Part shown: positions 9,842-19,452 of the stretch, piece after piece
Layout: each line of letters starts with the position of its first letter
Numbering within the stretch: position 1 is the stretch's first letter
NCBI GenBank assembly: GCA_050298055.1
Contig: JBNKTL010000014.1
Span: 10,791 to 73,186, forward strand
Length of the DNA stretch: 62,396 nucleotides
Reading direction: 5' to 3'
Origin: Spirochaetota bacterium
Lineage (GTDB): Bacteria > Spirochaetota > UBA4802 > UBA5550
The notes under the pieces: generated by a model
What the model was told of the DNA's origin: nothing
Seen by the model: the letters and a program-made list of their open reading frames with translations, nothing else
Databases searched by the model: none
Position numbers and translations under genes: made by a program

Positions 9842-10507
9842 TTATTTTTTGCTCTCCGCTTCAACAGCCTTTGCAGCCGCCTTTGCCTGTTCAATCTGTT
9901 TCACGGTGAAGAGGATCTTGTCGACGATCTTCCCTGCCAGTTCATCATAGTTGGAACTCTGGACCAGGACATCAGTCCTGTCCCATACAAGTGAAAGGCT
10001 GCAGCAGAACTTTGCCCTGTACTCTCCGTCCCAGTCTCTCCCCGATTTTTTTCGTACGGTCATGATCATGGTCCCTTTTTCCACATCTATGGCTTTCAGA
10101 GAGAAAGTGTCCAGGAGGTTCGCGTAATAGTCCCCGCCCTTACTCCTTCTCACTTTCAGTGCCGAACCTCTTCCCATAATAATGAGGTCCGCTCCAACCA
10201 TCCGTCCGATCTCAAGGGCCTTTGTCTGGTCAACAAGTCCTGTCATGGAGAGGTTCTGTTCTTTCAGGATCTTGTTCATGGCCTCCCTTTCGACAATTTC
10301 AATGCCTGCTTTTTTAAAGAAGTTGTGTGAAATAACATCGGAAAGCTCGGCCCCCCACTGGGCTCCGTTTATTTTGAACGGGAAAACCGCGACTTTTTTT
10401 AATTTTTTGCCCAGGTGAGCGTTTTTGGCTGTTGCAACATCGATTGTAGAGCAACCGATTGTACTTATAATAAGAGATGAGATTAAAAGTACAAATAATT
10501 TTTTCAT
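9842..10507 (-). CDS. CsgG/HfaB-like lipoprotein
   Basis: Lipobox TIGC; KKVAVFPF...EIVEREAMNKILKEQNLSMTGLVD...ALEIGRMVGADLII typical of CsgG/HfaB family; start ATG 10507. Confidence 0.75.
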   Translation of the reverse strand: MKKLFVLLISSLIISTIGCSTIDVATAKNAHLGKKLKKVAVFPFKINGAQWGAELSDVISHNFFKKAGIEIVEREAMNKILKEQNLSMTGLVDQTKALEIGRMVGADLIIMGRGSALKVRRSKGGDYYANLLDTFSLKAIDVEKGTMIMTVRKKSGRDWDGEYRAKFCCSLSLVWDRTDVLVQSSNYDELAGKIVDKILFTVKQIEQAKAAAKAVEAESKK

Positions 10508-10796
10508 GGAAATTTTCCTTCCTTCTGGATTTTGCTGAATAATTGCAATCAAATTTATGCTAATATTTCTCCCTTGTCAATTTATTTATTTTAAATCGCT
10601 ATAAAAACTTGAATAATGATATAGCTCAATCAATTTTTATATATTGGGTTGATAGTCACAATATTTTCAGATCCTGCAAATGATTAAAGTAAAAATTAAT
10701 ATAGTTATTAAATAGTTATTAATATAGCTATCCTTATCAACCTCGTAGCAGACAAATAAAAAATCCCACAGAATTGCAAAAAACCGTTTGTAGCCC

Positions 10797-10825
10797 TTGA
10801 CGATCTGAACATATTTCGCTATATT
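10797..10825 (+). promoter_or_regulatory. Sigma70-type promoter of dnaK
   Basis: TTGACG-N17-TATATT immediately upstream of CIRCE. Confidence 0.7.
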
Positions 10826-10838
10826 ATAAATGAAATTA

Positions 10839-10865
10839 TTAGCACTCTATCAATATGAGTGCTAA
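10839..10865. promoter_or_regulatory. CIRCE element (HrcA operator)
   Basis: Perfect TTAGCACTC-N9(tatcaatat)-GAGTGCTAA, 53 nt before the dnaK start. Confidence 0.97.
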
Positions 10866-10918
10866 TATGAAAGTGATTTTACCAAATAATGGGAATTGAA
10901 TAAATGAGGAGGATTTTT

Positions 10919-12850
10919 ATGAGCAGAATAATAGGAGTTGACCTTGGGACCACAAACTCATGCGTATCGGTGATGGATGGGGGAGACCCCCTGGTTATCC
11001 AGAATTCCGAGGGGCAGAGAACAACACCTTCGGTTGTGGCATTTAACGATAAAGGTGAGAGGCTTGTGGGACAGGTTGCTAAGAACCAGTCTGTTACTAA
11101 CCCTGAGAATACCATCAGGTCCATAAAGAGGTTCATGGGGAGAAAAATTTCGGAAATTTCAAGTGAAAAGGAGACTGTTCCCTATACAGTGGTTGATGAT
11201 GGTAAAGGGGGAATTAAAATCAAGACGGCAGGGGGAGACTTTTCACCCCAGGAGATATCCGCCCGGGTTCTCCAGAAGATGAAGCAGACCGCGGAAGACT
11301 ATCTCGGTGAGCCTGTGACAAAGGCTGTCATTACCGTACCCGCATACTTCAATGACCAGCAGAGGCAGGCAACCAGGGATGCCGGCAGGATAGCAGGGCT
11401 GGAGGTTGAGAGGATCATCAATGAACCCACTGCGGCGGCGCTGGCTTACGGACTTGATAAAGGAGATGCCAGCAGAAAAATTGCCGTATATGACCTGGGC
11501 GGGGGTACATTCGACATATCTATCCTGGAACTGGGTGACGGTGTTTTCCAGGTGAAGTCAACCAACGGCGATACCCATCTGGGCGGTGATGATTTTGACA
11601 GGAGGATAATCGAACATCTCACAGAGGAGTTCAGGAAGCAAACCGGTATTGACCTCTCCGGTGACAGAATGGCTCTCCAGAGGCTTAAGGAGGCCGCGGA
11701 GAACGCGAAGATCGAGCTTTCGGGTAAGATGGAGGCGGATATCAACATCCCCTTCCTCACCGCAGACCAGAACGGCCCGAAACATATGCAGCTCAAACTC
11801 ACACGGTCGAAGTTTGAACAGCTGGTGGGTGATCTTGTTGAATCCACAGGAAAACCCTGCCTCCGGGCCCTTGAAGATGCCGAGTTCGGACCGGGAGAGA
11901 TTGACGAGGTAATACTGGTAGGAGGATCAACACGGATCCCCCTGGTCCAGGAGACAGTGAAGAATATCTTCGGAAAAGAGCCCGGCAGGGGGGTAAATCC
12001 CGATGAGGTTGTGGCCCTGGGGGCCGCGATACAGGGGGGTGTTCTTTCGGGAGATGTCAATGATGTTCTTCTCCTTGATGTAACCCCGCTTTCTCTGGGT
12101 ATAGAGACACTGGGAGGTGTCATGACAAGGCTCATTGAAAGGAACACGACGATTCCGGTAAAGAAGAGCCAGGTCTTTTCAACAGCGGAAGACAACCAGC
12201 CGGCTGTTTCGGTGCACGTACTCCAGGGAGAACGGGAGATGGCGGCCCAGAACAGGACCCTTGGACGTTTTGAACTTGTTGGAATATCTCCAGCTCCCCG
12301 GGGTGTCCCGCAGATAGAGGTGTCCTTTGACATCGATGCCAACGGGATTGTCCATGTTTCCGCCAAAGATCTTGGGACCGGGAAGGAGCAGAAGATAAGG
12401 ATTGAATCTTCAAGCGGCCTTTCCGAAGAGGAGATCAAAAAGATGGTTGATGACGCTGCGGCCCACTCCCAGGAGGACAGGAAGGCCAGGGAGCTTGTTG
12501 AAGCCAGGAACCAGGCTGACAGCCTTGTCTATGAGGCGGAGAAGATGCTGGCGGAGAACGGCGGCAGGATCGATGATGCGGGGAAGCAGGAGATAACATC
12601 GAAGATTAATGGGCTGAAGAAGGCCATGGAATCCAATGAGGTCCAGGGTATCAACAGCGCAAAGTCGGTTCTTGAGACGGCAATTCAGAGTATCTCATCA
12701 AATATTTCCGGCAAAGAAACGGATGCAAACGGACCGGAAAATATGAACAGCGGGGATTTTACCGAAGAAAGGAGCAGGGGCGGAAGTAATGATAATGTTT
12801 ACGATGCCGAATACGAAGTTGTTGATGATGACGAGAAAAAAGCAGGCTGA
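10919..12850 (+). CDS. dnaK: Chaperone DnaK (Hsp70)
   Basis: [46 protein letters not shown] tail; RBS aggagg before ATG 10919. Confidence 0.98.
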   Translation: MSRIIGVDLGTTNSCVSVMDGGDPLVIQNSEGQRTTPSVVAFNDKGERLVGQVAKNQSVTNPENTIRSIKRFMGRKISEISSEKETVPYTVVDDGKGGIKIKTAGGDFSPQEISARVLQKMKQTAEDYLGEPVTKAVITVPAYFNDQQRQATRDAGRIAGLEVERIINEPTAAALAYGLDKGDASRKIAVYDLGGGTFDISILELGDGVFQVKSTNGDTHLGGDDFDRRIIEHLTEEFRKQTGIDLSGDRMALQRLKEAAENAKIELSGKMEADINIPFLTADQNGPKHMQLKLTRSKFEQLVGDLVESTGKPCLRALEDAEFGPGEIDEVILVGGSTRIPLVQETVKNIFGKEPGRGVNPDEVVALGAAIQGGVLSGDVNDVLLLDVTPLSLGIETLGGVMTRLIERNTTIPVKKSQVFSTAEDNQPAVSVHVLQGEREMAAQNRTLGRFELVGISPAPRGVPQIEVSFDIDANGIVHVSAKDLGTGKEQKIRIESSSGLSEEEIKKMVDDAAAHSQEDRKARELVEARNQADSLVYEAEKMLAENGGRIDDAGKQEITSKINGLKKAMESNEVQGINSAKSVLETAIQSISSNISGKETDANGPENMNSGDFTEERSRGGSNDNVYDAEYEVVDDDEKKAG

Positions 12851-12869
12851 TTCAAGCCTGTAAACAGAT

Positions 12870-12916
12870 AACGGCAGTTTTCCGGGACAGGAATGTTGCG
12901 GAAGGCTGCTGTTTTT
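12870..12916 (+). terminator. Probable intrinsic terminator after dnaK
   Basis: aacggcagttttccg ... cggaaggctgctgtt stem (with G-U pairs) followed by T run. Confidence 0.55.
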
Positions 12917-13158
12917 CTCCTCCCCTGAAAAAAATTCATCAAAGTGTAACAAAACGGTGTGACTTTATTCTGAAATAAACAGAGAATACGGGAGTTATAA
13001 TTTTTTGATGGATATGCTCAGTGAAATTATACCCCCCATTTTAAAGGGATAAACAAAATTATTATAATTGAGACAAATTCACTGGCCGGGGCGAAATACG
13101 GTTATAACCGGGATAATGCCATGGTCAGCGAAAACAGAATACTATTCAGGAGGACCTG

Positions 13159-14316
13159 ATGTTTAAGAAAAAATCATTCTATTTCTACCCTGCAACGGCG
13201 ATTGCACTGTTTTTCCTGATATTCTCATTCCAGGGAGCTTCATGCTTTAACAAAAGCGGGGGAACCCTCTTCGGATCAATAAAAACTTCTCCCCTCAAAG
13301 AAAGTACGGAAATAGCAAAGGCAACCGATGTCCAGTCCGCTTTCAATAAAATTTATGATATGTATAAGGAGAGCGTTGTCTATATCAGTACGGAGCAGAC
13401 AATCAAGGTACCCCGGCACCCCTTTTTCAACGATCCCTTCTTCAGGGATTTTTTCGGCAGGAGGGGGGTCCCGGAAAGCAGGACCCAGAAGAGGACCGGT
13501 CTGGGAACGGGATTTGTTCTCACTGAAGACGGATATATCTGTACCAACCATCACGTTGTTGACGGGGTGGATAAGGTCAAGGTAAAGATAAATGACGTGT
13601 CATACGATGCGAAGATAGTAGGTTCCGACAAAAGGACCGATATTGCTCTTCTGAAGATCAAGGCAAAGAAGAAGCTCAATCCTGTTTATCTTGGGGATTC
13701 TGACAAGGTAAAGGTGGGAGACTGGGCCATTGCCATTGGAAATCCCTTCGGGCTGGACAGGACGTTTACCGTGGGTGTTATAAGCGCCACCGCGCGGAAG
13801 GACCTGGACCTCATGGGGCATTCACAGTCCCATATACAGACAGACGCGTCCATTAACCCCGGAAATTCAGGGGGGCCCCTCATTAACATTGCGGGAGAGG
13901 TCATCGGGATCAACAGGATGATCTACTCAAAAAGCGGCGGAAACATGGGAATCGGTTTTGCCATCCCCATGAACAAGGCCAGGACCGTACTTGAAGAGCT
14001 GAAAAAGCATAAGAAGGTCATCAGGGGCTATATCGGGGTTAATATAGTCCCCCTCACGGAAGACTATGCTAAAGAACTGGGTCTCAAAGAGCCAAAGGGC
14101 GCACTTGTGGGGGCAGTAGTTGACCACAGCCCGTCGGAGAAGGCCGGGGTAAAGGTCGGTGATGTTATTATTAAAGTGAACAAAAGAGATATCAAGGACT
14201 ACTCGGACCTGGTTGATGAAGTGGAAAAAACACCTATCGGAAAGACCCTCAAGGTTGTGGTCTGGAGAGAGAAGAGCAGGGTCAACCTCTTCATTACTGT
14301 GAAGGAGAGGCCCTGA
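13159..14316 (+). CDS. HtrA/DegP-family serine protease with one PDZ domain
   Basis: GLGTGF, TNHHVV, TDIALLKI, IQTDASINPGNSGGPL, C-terminal PDZ. Confidence 0.95.
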   Translation: MFKKKSFYFYPATAIALFFLIFSFQGASCFNKSGGTLFGSIKTSPLKESTEIAKATDVQSAFNKIYDMYKESVVYISTEQTIKVPRHPFFNDPFFRDFFGRRGVPESRTQKRTGLGTGFVLTEDGYICTNHHVVDGVDKVKVKINDVSYDAKIVGSDKRTDIALLKIKAKKKLNPVYLGDSDKVKVGDWAIAIGNPFGLDRTFTVGVISATARKDLDLMGHSQSHIQTDASINPGNSGGPLINIAGEVIGINRMIYSKSGGNMGIGFAIPMNKARTVLEELKKHKKVIRGYIGVNIVPLTEDYAKELGLKEPKGALVGAVVDHSPSEKAGVKVGDVIIKVNKRDIKDYSDLVDEVEKTPIGKTLKVVVWREKSRVNLFITVKERP

Positions 14317-14370
14317 TCGATTAATAAAACGGACTTATATTCATGCAAACAATTACTCCTTTATTTTATT

Positions 14371-14407
14371 AAAAAGGGGTGTCCCGGAAAGGGCACCCCT
14401 TTTTTTT
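14371..14407. terminator. Intrinsic terminator (possibly bidirectional) after htrA
   Basis: aaaaaggggtgtccc-ggaa-agggcacccct followed by T7. Confidence 0.85.
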
Positions 14408-14641
14408 CTCCATTTTTCACTGTAAGATATTTTTGTCCTCAGAACTTTAAAAAGTTTTTCTGGTATTTCTTTTTTTTGTAGTCGTTTAGGAAATGGTATA
14501 TTATATTATTAAAAAATAAAGGTGTAAGGTTGCTGTCGAAATTCTCTTCTTAATCAATAATTCAATACATACTCAATCTGATTTGTATAAGAGGGAGAAA
14601 AAAAAATAAATTCCCGCAGGGAAAATATACTGTGTATATAT

Positions 14642-15259
14642 ATGAAATTTCTGATTTTTGTTATTATTATTACATTCCCACTAGCCCTCAGGGCCGATTA
14701 CTCCGGGGAGACTGCCCGGGAAGTGAGAATGAAATCAAATACCTCTCTTTTCCGTATGGGCGGTTCCGGTTTCGGCCTGGTCAGGTTTCAAAATGAAACA
14801 ACGGGTACCTCTTACAATGATGCCATTGCATTGTTTGCGGATTTCTTTTTTTACAGGATGAGGAGCAGCGAAGGGAACGGCCTTGATTTTTACAGCCGGG
14901 TGACTATCAAATCCTTTAATGAACTGGATATGAAAATGATCGGGGGAGATATCGGCATCCGGGCCATTTACGGTTTTTACGCCTTAGGGGAGCTGTGGCA
15001 GGCCTATATACTGGGAGCTCCCCGGTTTCTCTATACATCAGCCCCGTCACGGGACAGTGAAACAATGCTTTATAAGGAAAAAGAGAACTTCTACTCTCTG
15101 GGCATTGTGGGCGGTGCGGGGATTGAGGTGACCCTGGTCCCTCAGCTTGGCCTTTTTCTTGAATACAATTACGGGTATGTCCCCGTGGGAGATTCCAAAA
15201 TAAACAGTGAAGACCATATTTTCTACGCAGGGATCACATTCAGGTCAGAGGTAAGGTAG
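14642..15259 (+). CDS. Outer-membrane beta-barrel protein (small, 8-10 strands)
   Basis: Signal peptide; alternating beta pattern, GIVGGAGIEV...LFLEYNYGY...HIFYAGITF C-terminal signature. Confidence 0.65.
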   Translation: MKFLIFVIIITFPLALRADYSGETAREVRMKSNTSLFRMGGSGFGLVRFQNETTGTSYNDAIALFADFFFYRMRSSEGNGLDFYSRVTIKSFNELDMKMIGGDIGIRAIYGFYALGELWQAYILGAPRFLYTSAPSRDSETMLYKEKENFYSLGIVGGAGIEVTLVPQLGLFLEYNYGYVPVGDSKINSEDHIFYAGITFRSEVR

Positions 15260-15263
15260 TATT

Positions 15264-16172
15264 GTGTTACGCAAAAGAGTAAAAATTGAAGCAGTCATCA
15301 TTCTCTTTCTGGTGATATTTACATCATGCGCAATGGATGATAACGAAATCTATTTTCCCCTGGAAAACGGTGTCACCTGGATAAACCATCAGGATACGGG
15401 GGTAAACCTTACAAATCCTACCGTGATTAAAGATAATGGTATCTATAAAATGTGGACATATCCCGACCCTGCCGCTGATAAGTTTTATTACCAGGAATCC
15501 GCCGACGGAGTCAACTGGAGCAGTGAGGATGCTGTCCTTACTCTTGCAGATCTCACAGCCCTAACTGTTGCTGATAGTAGAATGATGCATCCCTGGGTCA
15601 TAAAGGACGGGTCACTTTACAAAATGTGGTTTAGTGCCGAGTCAACAGGTCCAATTAACGACATCGGTTATTGCGAATCGGGAGACGGGAAAAACTGGAC
15701 AAATTGTCAAAAGGTCATTGTCGGCACGGTTCCAATCCTCGGGATCGGCACTCCGAACTATACGACCCCCTGTGTTATAAAGGTTGATGGTAAATACAAG
15801 ATCTGGTTCATCGGTGAGATTTATACAGATGCTGATATTATCTACGGGGAATCCCCTGACGGTATCAACTGGAAAAATTTTACCTGGTCAATTAAAAGAA
15901 ACACACTGGGCATTTATGATCAAAAGAGTGCACTTAAACCCTGTGTTATCCGTGACAGTACCGTGTACAAAATTTGGTATGCCGGAAATAATAGCATCGG
16001 TAGTGCATGCACAATCTATGCTGAATCAAATAACGGTGTCAGCTGGGAAAAGACAAAACTGGTTATGCCATATCCAAGATCATCCCCTGCTGTGATAAAT
16101 GACGGTGGCATTGGAAGAATGTGGTACTATTATCTTGGCACGGGGACAATCTGGTACGCGGAATCCAGGTAG
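15264..16172 (+). CDS. Lipoprotein with five-bladed beta-propeller (GH43/GH32-clan-like repeats)
   Basis: Lipobox FTSC; five repeats of P-x-VIKDxGxYKMW...YxESxDGxNW. Confidence 0.7.
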   Translation: MLRKRVKIEAVIILFLVIFTSCAMDDNEIYFPLENGVTWINHQDTGVNLTNPTVIKDNGIYKMWTYPDPAADKFYYQESADGVNWSSEDAVLTLADLTALTVADSRMMHPWVIKDGSLYKMWFSAESTGPINDIGYCESGDGKNWTNCQKVIVGTVPILGIGTPNYTTPCVIKVDGKYKIWFIGEIYTDADIIYGESPDGINWKNFTWSIKRNTLGIYDQKSALKPCVIRDSTVYKIWYAGNNSIGSACTIYAESNNGVSWEKTKLVMPYPRSSPAVINDGGIGRMWYYYLGTGTIWYAESR

Positions 16173-16256
16173 TCCGTGTACTGAGAGAATTTTATTTGAC
16201 AAATCCATCATCTCAATAATGGCTGAATAGTAGAATATAAGAATGAGGTACGTATA

Positions 16257-16682
16257 ATGAAAAAAATAATGCTTATTGTAATGTTAATCTTCTCCCTCTC
16301 CGCCGGCGCGGTTATGGCAGGTGATCCCGACGCGGTCCTGGGCACCTGGCTTGTGGCGGCCAAGGACGGCCATGTGAACATCTTCAAGTGCGGCAACAGG
16401 TACTGCGGCAGGATCGTATGGCTCAAGGACCCCTTTGAGCTTGACAAAAACAACCCCGATCCCGGTAAGCGCAAAGAGAAGCTCATGGGAAAACTGATGC
16501 TGCACGATTTTACCTACGACGGCTCGGAATGGGAAGACGGCAAAATCTACGACCCCGGGAATGGAAAGACATACAGCTGCAAGATGTGGCTTGAGGGAAA
16601 GAACAAACTCTGGGTCAAGGGATATATCGGTATCTCACTCATTGGCCGAAAGGAGCTCTGGACCAGGTTAAGTTCAAAGTAA
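16257..16682 (+). CDS. DUF2147 domain protein
   Basis: Signal peptide; GTW, YCGRIVW, DKNNPDP, WEDGKIYDPGNGKTY, VKGYIGISLIGR..WTR. Confidence 0.9.
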   Translation: MKKIMLIVMLIFSLSAGAVMAGDPDAVLGTWLVAAKDGHVNIFKCGNRYCGRIVWLKDPFELDKNNPDPGKRKEKLMGKLMLHDFTYDGSEWEDGKIYDPGNGKTYSCKMWLEGKNKLWVKGYIGISLIGRKELWTRLSSK

Positions 16683-16700
16683 TATAAGGATACAAATCTC

Positions 16701-18170
16701 TCAGGACTTTTCCCACTCTACCCGGTCCCGGCCTTTCTCTTTGGCATCATAGAGGGTCCTGTCGATCCGGGAGAGGAGGGTGTCCCCGTCTTCTCCAACC
16801 CGGTATTCGCTTACCCCGAGGCTTACCGTAATTGTTATCTCCCGGTCATAAAAGATTATTTTATTCATTTTTATTGCGCTTCTTATCTTCTCGGCTATAC
16901 CAGCTGCTTCGTTTTTCCCGCACTCCTTGAGGATAACAAGAAATTCCTCCCCTCCCCACCTGCTGATGATATCATTCTCCCTGACATTTTTTCTTGCAAT
17001 ATCCGCCACAGATCTTAAAGCCTTATCTCCTGCAAGATGCCCGTACATGTCATTAATCTCTTTAAAGTGATCAAGATCAAAGAGGATAAGAGAAAAAGAA
17101 ACCCCTCTCCTTTTCACGTCCTTTATTGCCTGTTCAAGGATCATGTCGAAAGCCTGCCGGTTAAATGCGCCGGTAAGCTTATCGGTAGTAGCCATTTTCT
17201 CCAGCCGGGACTGGTACTTTTTAAGAGTTAAATTCGTTAAAATAAGGACTACACCTGTAATGAAAAGGCAAATGAGCAGGCTGAGAAGAAGGGCTTTTGT
17301 TATGCTTTTTGTCATGAGATTTTCCCTCTGCTCCACCAGGAGGTACCAGTTCAGTTCCGGAATATACCGTGAGTTCAGGTAGATGGTATTATTTTTATTG
17401 ATATAATTGAGCCGGCTGTTCTGTAAGGAGAGAAGGGCGTCCGCGTGTTTTGATAAACCGGGGAATTTTCTGATATTTTTCTCCCAGTGAGGAAATTTGC
17501 CGCTGTGAAGGATGATATCCCCCTCCCTGTCAATAAAATAGACGTTCCGCTCATATTTTTCCTGGTAATTCTCTATGAGCCTTTTAACTGAGCTTACGGT
17601 AAGACCTATCCCTGTGGCGCCAATGTAAGTGCCCTGATAATCGAATACCTTGTAGTTGATAAAAATTGTCATGGCATCCCTGTTGGCCATGTCAGGGTCC
17701 ACGTTTATTTCGTATGTGTTTTTCATACCCTTGACCCTGAAGTACCATTTGTCCCTGGGTTCTTCCGGTTTAACTCTCTTGAGGATCCCGTCGGGGTAAT
17801 AGTATATCCTTGTTCTTTCCGAAACAAAGAAGCTGGTAAATGCGGAGTACTTGTCTTTGATCTCAGCCAGGTAGCGGAATATCTGGCTTCTGTTCTTTTC
17901 ACCGCCTATGACCCAGTCCCTGAGGAAGGTGTCATGTGCCATAAGTGAGGATATGAAGATGGGCCTCATGAGGTCTCTCTGGATCTCCGAATAGATGTTA
18001 TCGCTTGTCAGGGGAAGTTCGTCCTCTGTGATATGCGACCGGAGTTCGGACCGGGAGACATAGTAGCTCGCGAAACTGGTAAAGAGGAACCCGGTTATAA
18101 GAAGAAAACTCATTATGAGAATCAGGTTCTTTTTTCTTCTTCCCATTACCTGTTCGGTGTTTTGTTCCAT
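16701..18170 (-). CDS. Cache-sensor diguanylate cyclase (GGDEF)
   Basis: TM-periplasmic Cache-like domain-TM; ATTDKLTG, DLDHFKEINDMYGHLAGD, RWGGEEF. Confidence 0.92.
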   Translation of the reverse strand: MEQNTEQVMGRRKKNLILIMSFLLITGFLFTSFASYYVSRSELRSHITEDELPLTSDNIYSEIQRDLMRPIFISSLMAHDTFLRDWVIGGEKNRSQIFRYLAEIKDKYSAFTSFFVSERTRIYYYPDGILKRVKPEEPRDKWYFRVKGMKNTYEINVDPDMANRDAMTIFINYKVFDYQGTYIGATGIGLTVSSVKRLIENYQEKYERNVYFIDREGDIILHSGKFPHWEKNIRKFPGLSKHADALLSLQNSRLNYINKNNTIYLNSRYIPELNWYLLVEQRENLMTKSITKALLLSLLICLFITGVVLILTNLTLKKYQSRLEKMATTDKLTGAFNRQAFDMILEQAIKDVKRRGVSFSLILFDLDHFKEINDMYGHLAGDKALRSVADIARKNVRENDIISRWGGEEFLVILKECGKNEAAGIAEKIRSAIKMNKIIFYDREITITVSLGVSEYRVGEDGDTLLSRIDRTLYDAKEKGRDRVEWEKS

Positions 18171-18246
18171 TCGGATAGTACCCTGATAATATTTCTTTTA
18201 ATGAAAACATAATAATTTCTTAATGTCAAGGATATTAGCTGGCTTG

Positions 18247-18322
18247 TTTTGCGGGTTGTCACCCGCAAGGGTATTTGTCCGTGGCACGGACATGAAGAAT
18301 GCAAGGGGGTGTCAGCGCGGAC
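18247..18322. repeat. Structured direct repeat, copy 1 (gcgggttRtcacccgc ... gaagaatgcaaRggggtgtcagcgcggaca)
   Basis: Aligns colinearly with 19052-19131, including a small central ccg..cgg hairpin. Confidence 0.85.
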
Positions 18323-18590
18323 AGCAGCAGAGCGCTTATCAGGCCTCCTGCCTGCGCTCGGGTCGAACTCTATGTAATTGAACTTTCTCTAATTGTCGGC
18401 GACGCCCTCGTGGCTGCGCCTCCTTATGCGCTCGGGGTCAAGAAATACGAAGTTTCGAATGCCGACGCTCAACAGGACGTTGAAATTGCGTCGGCCTCCC
18501 TCGCTTCATTGTCAAAATAATAATAACAATTGACATTTTGCATTATTTTAATCATCTGTTGTGTTATTTATATTACCGGTTTTAAAATCA

Positions 18591-18998
18591 ATGGAAAGGT
18601 TTAAAAACAAAAAGGTCATTTTCGGTTTTTTGCCGAAATACAGTCTCCTGTTTGTGGGGATCTGTCTTTTTCTTGCCCTGCTGTCACTTTTCAGTGATTA
18701 TTTTCTTTCTTATCTCTATATCGCTCTTGTTATTTCTCTTATGTTTATTGTTATGTTTTATATTCCCGAAAGATTTCAGGACCTTTTTCTTCACCTTTTT
18801 TTTACTTTTACCGGTGTCATTATTCTGCTGTTAGTTTTATACAGAGATGGAGTCAGGTTCACTACCAGTTGCAGCGACCTTGCGGAATCCCTGGTCCGTT
18901 TTTGGAAAAGCCGTTCCGAGTTTGTGGGTTTTTTCGGAGTTCTTGTCCTTATCGGTCTCTTTGGGGTGGTGAGAGATCTTTTCAGGTTGAAGCGTTAG
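18591..18998 (+). CDS. Hypothetical membrane protein (about 4 TM)
   Basis: Hydrophobic ORF between two repeat copies; start ATG 18591 or GTG 18561. Confidence 0.55.
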   Translation: MERFKNKKVIFGFLPKYSLLFVGICLFLALLSLFSDYFLSYLYIALVISLMFIVMFYIPERFQDLFLHLFFTFTGVIILLLVLYRDGVRFTTSCSDLAESLVRFWKSRSEFVGFFGVLVLIGLFGVVRDLFRLKR

Positions 18999-19004
18999 GA
19001 CGTG

Positions 19005-19280
19005 TTTTTTTCGCGGGTTATCACCCGCGGGGATTTGTTTGTAAAAACAGTTTTTTTCGCAGGTTATCACCCGCGATGTAATATGACCGGGACCCGGACG
19101 GGAAGAATGCAAAGGGGTGTCAGCGCGGACACCCCCTTGCGACCCCCGCGCGCCGGCTCAGTCGCCGCCGGGGGCTCTGGACTTTCAGTAACATAAACAT
19201 CTTTCATGCAGCCTGCGGAGCGTCCTCCTGACGGTCCTCAGCTGCAACCCATCTGCTCGGGCGTCCTGCCCTCGCAGCCT
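19005..19280. repeat. Structured repeat, copy 2, with duplicated palindrome and twin GGA-loop hairpins
   Basis: cgcRggttatcacccgcg at 19012-19029 and 19058-19075; hairpin gcaaaggggtgtc-agcgc-ggacacccccttgc; minus-strand hairpins cgtcAGGAGgacg and gggcAGGACgccc. Confidence 0.85.
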
Positions 19281-19452
19281 TCTGATGTTTTCCTTTCTTA
19301 TAAAACTATGTTTAAATGATAGAAACAAAATAAAAGAACATATTTAAGATTTTCATTGAATAATATTTCAATAAACTTAATTTTGTTCCTAAACAAGAGT
19401 AAATAGCATTAATAATTTTTACTACGATCCAGGAAAAAGGAAGAGAATTTAA

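Noticed and set aside
11446..12438. Long antisense ORFs (330 aa opposite dnaK; 345 aa opposite lon at 27512-28549; others)
   Set aside because: Shadow ORFs on the reverse strand of well-conserved genes, with no recognisable motifs.
18299..18520. 73-aa ORF (and the 64-aa ORF at 19002-19196) sharing MQxGVSAD
   Set aside because: The similarity is just translation of the GC-rich repeat; no RBS and no protein-like continuation.
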